DNA from: Eledone cirrhosa
Taxonomy: Eukaryota
Length of the DNA stretch: 64,000 nucleotides
Assembly: GCA_964016885.1 (NCBI GenBank)
Contig: OZ024742.1
Span: forward strand, 204,166,001-204,230,000
Direction: 5' to 3'
Below are positions 56,451 through 64,000 of this stretch, one piece after another. Made by a program: the position numbers and the translations under genes. Below the pieces are notes generated by a model. That model was given only the letters and a program-made list of their open reading frames with translations. It was not told the DNA's origin and ran no database searches. The first letter of the stretch is position 1; each line of letters opens with the position of its first letter.

Positions 56451-57975
56451 TAATTTTAAGATAGAGCGTCCGTGATGTTTGCTCTAATCTGATTAGTTTT
56501 GGGAATTCTACCTGTTTTTATGTTAAAAAAGTGGCTCCAGCTGTATTAAAATAAGTTTTGCGCCAATTCATGTTGCAAAAATTCTTGTGGTCAAAACAAT
56601 TTTGATTGGTCGGTAGAGGTCATGTGAATGTAAAAAATTGATTTTGCGCCAAATGTAGGTTTGTGTCGGCTGACTGAGAAATAAGTCTTTCACAACAAAT
56701 ATGTGTGTGTGTGTGTGTGTGTGTGTATAGTAGTAAAGAGGTTCGTTGTTGTGATAATGGTCAGCAGGGATGTGTGTGCGAACCGCAGCCTGTTGACAGT
56801 TCAAATGCCTATTAAGACATGTGTGTGTGTGTGTGTGTAGCAGAGTAATTCGTGGTAGAGGGATGGTCACTAGGAATATGTCTGTAAGTGTGTGGGGGAT
56901 ATTTTAACATGTTAAAAGATATTTTTTCAGTTCTTGTCTTATACGGAGAAGTGTGTGTGTGTGTGTGTGTGTATGTCTCTTTGTATGTTAATGTACGCGT
57001 GTGTATGTGTGTGTGTATATATGTGTGTGTGTGTGTGTGAGAGAGAATGGGTGTGTGGGTGGACCAGTATTTATTACTGGTAAAATGGTGAACATTATTC
57101 GATATTTTCAGTAAAATCGATTCTCTCAATAGAACATCAAAAACCTTAATAATAAAAGGTGTGAAATGATATATAGTATTGGCATAATACCAAGGTGTGT
57201 GTGAGTGTGTCCAGATTGTACGTACTTACTGCAAGGGGGATCCATTAGGCCTTGCCGTATTGGAATACCTGTGCACAAATATGTATCTGGAGTGTGTCCA
57301 GAAATTGTATACCTGTGCACAAATTGTATACTTGTGCACAAATTGTACACATGTATCTGGAGTGTGTCCAGAAATTGTATACATGTGCACAAATATGTAT
57401 CTGGAGTGTGTCCAGATTGTACGTACTGCAAGGGGAATTCATTAGGCCTTGCCGTATTGGAATACCTGTGCAGAAATATGTATGTGCCCATCAGAGTGCA
57501 ATGCATGTGTGCGTTTATGTATGTGTGTGTGTCGGCACGTTTATATCTATAGACATCAAAAGGTATGCAAATTTGTGTATATTTGTGTTGCACCATAGAA
57601 CATGTGTGTTTACGTATGTCATTGTGTTTATACGTGGGTAGAGATGTATGCTGATGTAGGTATGTATGTTGACGTGTGTATGTTGTGGGTTCGTATTAGG
57701 GAGAAGTGTTTAGACGGGGTCCGTATTTGTTAATAAAGTAAGATTCCTTCCTGATGCGCTGGGTGTGGGTGGCATTATCTTTAAATTTGTAGAGGGGAAA
57801 GATTCTGAAGTTGGGATGATTTTGGGCGGCACAGGTATCAATGTGTTCACTCAGTGGTATTTTCCTGTATTCCCGTATTTTAATTTTGGAAAAATATCTT
57901 TTAACATGTTAAAATATCTCCCACACACTTACAGACACATTCCTACTGACCATCCCTCTACCACAAATTACTCTG

Positions 57976-58058
<83 letters not shown>

Positions 58059-58421
58059 TCTTAATAGGCATTTGAACTGTCAACATGCTGCGGTTCGCAC
58101 ACACATCCCTGCTGACCATTATCACAACAACGAACCTCTTTACTACTACACACACACACACACACACACATATTTGTTGTGAAAGACTTATTTCTCAGTC
58201 AGCCGACACAAACCTACATTTGGCGCAAAATCAATTTTTTACATTCACATGACCTCTACCGACCAATCAAAATTGTTTTGACCACAAGAATTTTTGCAAC
58301 ATGAATTGGCGCAAAACTTATTTTAATACAGCTGGAGCCACTTTTTTAACATAAAAACAGGTAGAATTCCCAAAATTAATCAGATCAGAGCAAACATCAC
58401 GGACGCTCTATTTCAAAATCA

Positions 58422-58457
58422 TTTTTGAAAAGCATTAGAAATGCGCAACCGGTAAAA
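58422..58457 (+). ncRNA. Hammerhead-like motif (family Q), inverted partner
   Basis: Identical fold to 56415. Confidence 0.58.
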
Positions 58458-58599
58458 ACCAAAACTGAATACTAACAACCAATACTATTACTAATTCTCA
58501 CTTATTTCTAATTAAACTATTTTTCACTGTGAACAATTTGTCAGCATTTTCTATTCCGTTTACCAATATATATATATATATATATACATATATATTTAT

Positions 58600-58631
<32 letters not shown>

Positions 58632-58666
58632 ATATATATGTATATATATATATATATATATAAATA

Positions 58667-58715
<49 letters not shown>

Positions 58716-58832
58716 GTAAGGTTTTTTTTACAAAATGAAAAGTAACCGAGGTGTCCTACACGCGTGAAAGTATAAAGAAAGAAGATGAATTGGAGTCTAA
58801 TTTTTTAAAAAATATATATATTTATTTGGTTC

Positions 58833-58868
58833 CTTTACCGGTTTCGCAGTTCTTCTGCTTTTCAAAAG
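58833..58868 (-). ncRNA. Type I hammerhead, U3-A8 variant (family Q relative with intact GAAA)
   Basis: CTT TTGAAAA GCAG-aagaa-CTGC GAAAC CG GTA AAG. Confidence 0.8.
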
Positions 58869-59005
58869 TAGAGTTCGAGATGGAGGGTCTGTGGTTTTTA
58901 AAATATATATATTTTTTTTTAAAATAAGACTCCAGTTACATTTTCGATTTCATCTTTTTTCTCCATCTATATATATATATAAATATATATTTTCTCTCTC
59001 TCTCT

Positions 59006-59063
<58 letters not shown>

Positions 59064-59269
59064 TTTCTGAATTTGTTTAGCAAGATTCTTTATCTGAAAA
59101 CGCGTGTTGAAACCGATCTTGTTATACTTTGGGAGGGTCATGTTGCCAATAAGAAACACACGCACCAGTTGCTTTCACTTCAATTTATTATAATAAATTT
59201 ATAAATTCAGGAATTTATAAATTTCCGGTTGGGTGGTTGGTTCCACAACCAGATGGTTGTTTATATATT

Positions 59270-59312
59270 GTCAAAGTTCTTTCGTCACACATTCTGTGAC
59301 CTCTTCAGTGAC
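59270..59312 (-). ncRNA. Type I hammerhead in PLE pLTR (family M)
   Basis: GTCA CTGAAGA gGTCAC-agaatgt-GTGAC GAAA GAAC TT TGAC. Confidence 0.82.
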
Positions 59313-59514
59313 TGGGGATTCTTTTCTTTGTTTTTTGTGCCTCTCCTTTGTTCTGTGCTACGCCGTCTTGTTTTTGTGTGTGTGTTGTGTGCTTAGTTTG
59401 CGCATGTGTTAGATCCGGGTGTCTGTGTGTGTTTATATTCGTTTATTTATTTGTTTATTTACATGTTACTGGTTGGTTGTTTGTTCTATGTGCGTGTGTG
59501 TTTTCATTTTGTCC

Positions 59515-60060
59515 TTAATTGTAAGTTGTGATGTTGCTGGTCCACTCATGTTTTCTATTTAATTTTTGTTGTAATTGATTTATGTTTATTGCCTCTGCAA
59601 TTTGTCTAAACATTGCGTCTTTTCTGTGTGTAGATTCTATTTTTATTTCTGTGTTCTCTAATTTACCCTTATGTTCTATTTTAGCATGTTGGTAGAGTAC
59701 AGATGATTCTTTACTATCTTGAAGGTCTCGCCAGTGGTCATTTATCCGTTCCCCTATACTACGAGCTGTCTCACCTATGTACACTATATTTTTATCTCTA
59801 GTACATCTTATGCTATATACTACATTTCTAGTTTTACAGTTAATATGGGGTTTTAATTTACAGGTTATATATTTCTTATCTATACAGGGAGGTCTTTGAA
59901 AAGGGTATGTCTTGCTAATAAGTGTTTTTATGGAGGTACCTGGTCTTTCTACTATCTTAATATTGAGTTTATGTTTATCTAGGGCCCTTCTAAATTTGTA
60001 AGCTAATTCACCTCTAGGGGTTGTATCGATGAACATTACACTCTGGTATTTATTGCTATC
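59515..60060 (-). pseudogene. PLE GIY-YIG endonuclease domain (5'-truncated)
   Basis: CKTRNVVYSIRC...IVYIGETARSIGERINDH...RQIAEAINI...LNRKHEW. Confidence 0.9.
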
Positions 60061-60482
60061 ATATTTATTACTATCAAGATAGTAAAGAATCATCTGTACT
60101 CTACTAACATGCTAAAATAGAACATAAGGGTAAATTAGAGAACATAGAAATAAAAATAGAATCTACACACAGAAAAGACGCAATGTTTAGATAAATCACA
60201 GAGGCAATAAACATAAATGAATTACAACCAAAATTAAATAGAAAACATGAGTGGAACAGCAACATCACAACTTACAATTAAGGACAAAATGAAAACACAC
60301 ACGCACATAGAACAAACAACCAACCAGTAACATGTAAATAAACAAATAAATAAACGAATATAAGCACACACAGACACCCGGATGTAACACATGCGCAAAC
60401 TAAGCACACAACACACACACAAAAACAAGATGGCGTAGTACAGAACAAAGGAGAGGCACAAAAAACAAAGAAAATAATCCCA

Positions 60483-60525
60483 GACACTGAAGAGGTCACA
60501 GAATGTGTGACGAAAGAACTTTGAC
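60483..60525 (+). ncRNA. Type I hammerhead (family M), inverted partner
   Basis: Same fold with one stem I mismatch. Confidence 0.78.
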
Positions 60526-60688
60526 AATATATAAACAACCATCTGGTTTTGGAACCAACCAACCGGAAATTTATAAATTCCTAAATTTATAAATTTATTA
60601 TAATAAATTGAAGTGAAAGCAACTGGTGCGTGTGTTTCTTATTGGCAACATGACCCTCCCAAAGTATAACATTATATATATATATATA

Positions 60689-61578
60689 CTAGCATTAAAG
60701 CCCGGCGTTGCTTGGGGTCATTAAGTTACCAAAGTTAGGTTGCACCACCCATTTTATGGCAGCACTTTTTTGTCTGCCAGGCACTGGGTGAATGAATTGC
60801 TGACCTGGAAGCATGAGCTGCGCCAGCAGTGACAATTGTAGTTTCGCCTATGGATATTATCTCTGTGCAAAAAAGTCTTGAAATTTATTGTTTCACAGTA
60901 CTTGCGCAACACGCGCGTAGACGATGCCAGCCGAACAACAGAGCTGCGATGGAGTTGTTCTGCATGGTTGTCTGTGTGTTTTCTAAATTTAAGACAGTAG
61001 AGAGGGTTGTGATATGAGGGAGAGTTAGCTGTTGTTTCTAGCAGGTTTAGTGACCTCATAGAGGATATGTGTTTTCTAAATTTAAGACAGTAGGGAGTGG
61101 TGTGATATGGGGGAGAGTTAGCTGCTGTTTCTAGCAGGTTTAGTGACCTCATAGAAGATATGTTTTCTAAATTTAAGACAGTGGCGAGGGGTGTGATATG
61201 GGGCAGAGTTAGCTGCTGTTTCTAGCAGGTTTAGTAACCTCATAGAGGATATGTGTTTTCTAAATTTAAGACAGTAGGGAGTGGCGTGAACGGACAGTAT
61301 CACCATCAAGCTTGGAAAGAGAAAGTAGCAGAAAGTATGAAGTTGTATAGATTTTGAATGGTAGTAGAAAGAGTTCAGCAGTTTAACTGAGAGAGATAAA
61401 TCGTAAAATATTGAGTTTTATCTATTTTTTGCGTAATTGTGGGTGAAATTGAAAAGTTATCTGCGTCAAGACGCAGTCGAAACTATTTCGAATACTGAAT
61501 TGTAAATTTCAATTGAAGAAATTCTATATCGTAGATTTCTATAACGAAGGAGCATGACCACACAGTGAGCTTTATAGA
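60689..61578 (-). mobile_element. Probable non-autonomous Helitron with internal ~80-bp tandem repeats
   Basis: Minus strand starts A|TC and ends with a GC-rich hairpin then CTAG|T; repeats at about 60975-61290. Confidence 0.6.
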
Positions 61579-61832
61579 TTATGATATATACATACACATA
61601 TATATATATGTGTGCGCGTGTGTATTTCTATATATATATATGTGTGTGTGTATATATATAGACATATAGACACACACACACATATATATATATATACATA
61701 TATATACATATATGTTTATGTATATATATATGCATATATATACACACATATATATATATATACATATATATATGTGTGTGTGTGTCTGTAAATATATATA
61801 TATATTGATATATTTATTTATTTATTTTTCTT

Positions 61833-61863
<31 letters not shown>

Positions 61864-62354
61864 GTGTATGTGCGTGTGTGTATGTGAGAGAGTGAGTGTG
61901 TGCGTGCGCGCGCGCGCGTGTGTGTGTGTGTGTTCACCATGTCATTGACATGTGTTATACGTAATATAGCTGCTTCTAAAAAATACAGTAACCGCTATAA
62001 TAATGAGTTTAATGTTTAAATGTAAGAATTAAAAAAAAAGTCTTTTTTTTATATAAATTCTTTGAATATATTCCTTCTTTATATATTTATTTCCAAGCTT
62101 GTAAACATTCTAGTTTCTCTATTATTTTGAATATTGGCGTGGTGTGGTGGAGGGGAGGTCTGCATAAAGCTGTAAATTCTATCTTCGGTTTTATATTCAC
62201 CTCAATCATGTCAATGGTTTCACAATTTACCGAGGTGAAATAACGTCTCTATGAATCTCTGGCTGCTAAATCACTTCTATTATGTCAACAGTTTCACAAT
62301 TTGCTAAGTCGAAAAACCATGTTCATTTTCTCGCTAAATCTGTTTGGTATTATT

Positions 62355-62540
62355 GTGGGTTGGCAGTATCGGTAGAGAGTCGGACGCCATGCTTTCCAGC
62401 ATAGTTACGTCCCTTTACGATCTGAGTTCAAATCCCGCCGAGGTTGACTTTGCCTTTCATCCTTACGGGGTCGATAAAATAAAGTACCAGTAATGAACTG
62501 GGTAATTGCTGTCCTTGTGCCTAAAGTAGAAACAATTATT
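62355..62540 (+). mobile_element. SINE copy
   Basis: Near full-length match to the SINE consensus. Confidence 0.88.
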
Positions 62541-63202
62541 AAAGTGAACTTTAAGTTGTGGGCTATTTGCTTCATAGATTATCAAATTATTCTTGGAAAA
62601 GGGATGATGGATGAGCATGCCATTCTCTCTATCAATTACTCTCTAGTCTTAAATAATAGAGTGGAGTGGAATAAGTGCAGGGGTTGTAAAATCAGTAATT
62701 TTTCTAGGCTGTCTTCGTTGATTTTAAAAAAAAACAGAATTAGTCGTTTAGTTTACGCCAACCCATCCTATTTATTTTATAACGTATGGGATTTCTAATG
62801 ATGTACTTTTTTTGTCATGTATAATGTGTTTTAATGTCTAAAGAAAATTAATTGTTGCAGGAATGCTACCACTTAAAACAAAGTTTCGCCGGAGATAGAT
62901 TAGCAAGATTTAATAGGCGGGGGTGGGGTCTGAAAAATTAATAGGCGGAGGGTGGACGATTCTACAGTATTACAACTAAGCTGGGTATTTTAGGAGCCAA
63001 CTAACAGATATATCAACCAGAGAAAAAAGCAGACACATATTGTCTAAAACTCCTCTGGTTACTTCTTATAGTCTGGAGCTTCAAACCATGAAGAACAAAC
63101 TGTCTGTCACCTCTTCATTGTTAATATTGCAATATATCGTCAAATTTGTTCATTTCCAATATTCTGGTGGGCAGTTTTATGTATCGGTTATTTTCAATTC
63201 TT

Positions 63203-63970
63203 TTCTAGTCAATCTAACCATACGATAGGTTTTCTTGTCAATCTAACCATTCAATAGGTTTTCTTGTCAATCTAACCATACGATAGGTTTTTTTGTCAAT
63301 CTAACCATTCAATAGGTTTTCTTGTCAATATAACCATAGGATAGGTTTTCTTGTCAATCTAACTATACTATCGGTTTTCTTGTCAATCTAACCATACGAT
63401 AGGTTTTCTTGTTAATCTAACCATACAATAGATTTTCTTGTCAATCTAACCATACAATAGGTTTTCTTGTCAATCTAACCATACGATAGGTTTTCTTGTC
63501 AATCTAACCATACAATAGATTTTCTTGTCAATCTAACCATACGATAGGTTTTCTTGTCAATCTAACCATACGATTGGTTTTCTTGTCAATCTAACCGTAC
63601 GATAGGTTTTCTAGTCAATCCAAGCATACTATAGGTTTTCTTGTCAATCTAACCATACTATAGGTTTTCTTGTCAATCTAACTATACTATCGGTTTTATT
63701 GTCAATCTAACCATACAATAGGTTTTCTTGTCAATCCAACCATACGATAGGTTTTCTTGTCAATCTAACTATACTATAGGTTTTCTTGTCAATCTAATCA
63801 TACGATAGATTTTCTTGTCAATCTAACCATACGATAGGTTTTCTTGTCAATCTAATCATACGATAGGTTTTCTTGTCAATCTAATCATACGATAGGTTTT
63901 CTTGTCAATCTAATCATACGATAGGTTTTCTTGTCAATCCAATCATACGATAGGTTTTCTTGTCAATCCA
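63203..63970 (+). repeat. Minisatellite, 29-bp unit, about 26 copies
   Basis: ATCTAACCATACGATAGGTTTTCTTGTCA repeated without spacers. Confidence 0.95.
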
Positions 63971-64000
63971 AGCAATTGATTTCCTTGATAAAATAAAATT

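Larger units (their letters stand above)
56270..58566 (-). mobile_element. Penelope-like element 3' remnant with ~620-bp inverted terminal repeats
   Basis: About 56305-56925 is the reverse complement of about 57890-58566. Minus strand 57700-57890 encodes IKIREYRKIPLSEHIDTC...FRIFPLYKF...RIRKESYFINKYGPRLN, resembling a PLE endonuclease C-terminus. HHR-like motif in both arms. Confidence 0.75.
59062..60672 (-). mobile_element. Penelope-like element remnant with ~590-bp inverted duplication
   Basis: GIY-YIG ORF. About 60078-60670 is the inverted copy of about 59118-59717. HHR in both arms; (TA)n flanks. Confidence 0.9.

Noticed and set aside
63203-63970. 29-bp repeat array as CRISPR (likewise 5855-7190)
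   Set aside because: No unique spacers, no cas genes, eukaryotic context.

Overview
AT-rich animal genomic DNA dense in microsatellites. The (TA)n/(CA)n load and the recurring tRNA-derived SINE suggest a cephalopod such as Octopus (inference). Two minus-strand exons (45 bp and 110 bp) of a nicotinic acetylcholine receptor-family subunit are present. Almost everything else is intron or intergenic repeat: an internally deleted Ty3/Gypsy element, two nested Tx1/L1-clade LINEs at a (GATA)n tract, RTE-type LINE fragments, five Penelope-like element (PLE, GIY-YIG) remnants, SINEs, two hAT MITEs, a probable Helitron and minisatellites. The main hidden signal is roughly 40 type I hammerhead ribozyme (HHR) motifs, found and folded by eye, from about 20 sequence families. 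They sit in PLE 3' ends and in short non-coding retrozyme-like elements inserted in (TA)n tracts. Many of these insertions are fold-back palindromes whose symmetry centre or breakpoint falls in or next to hammerhead stem II. Most ORFs in the supplied track are microsatellite artefacts. Coordinates were read by eye; repeat boundaries are approximate.
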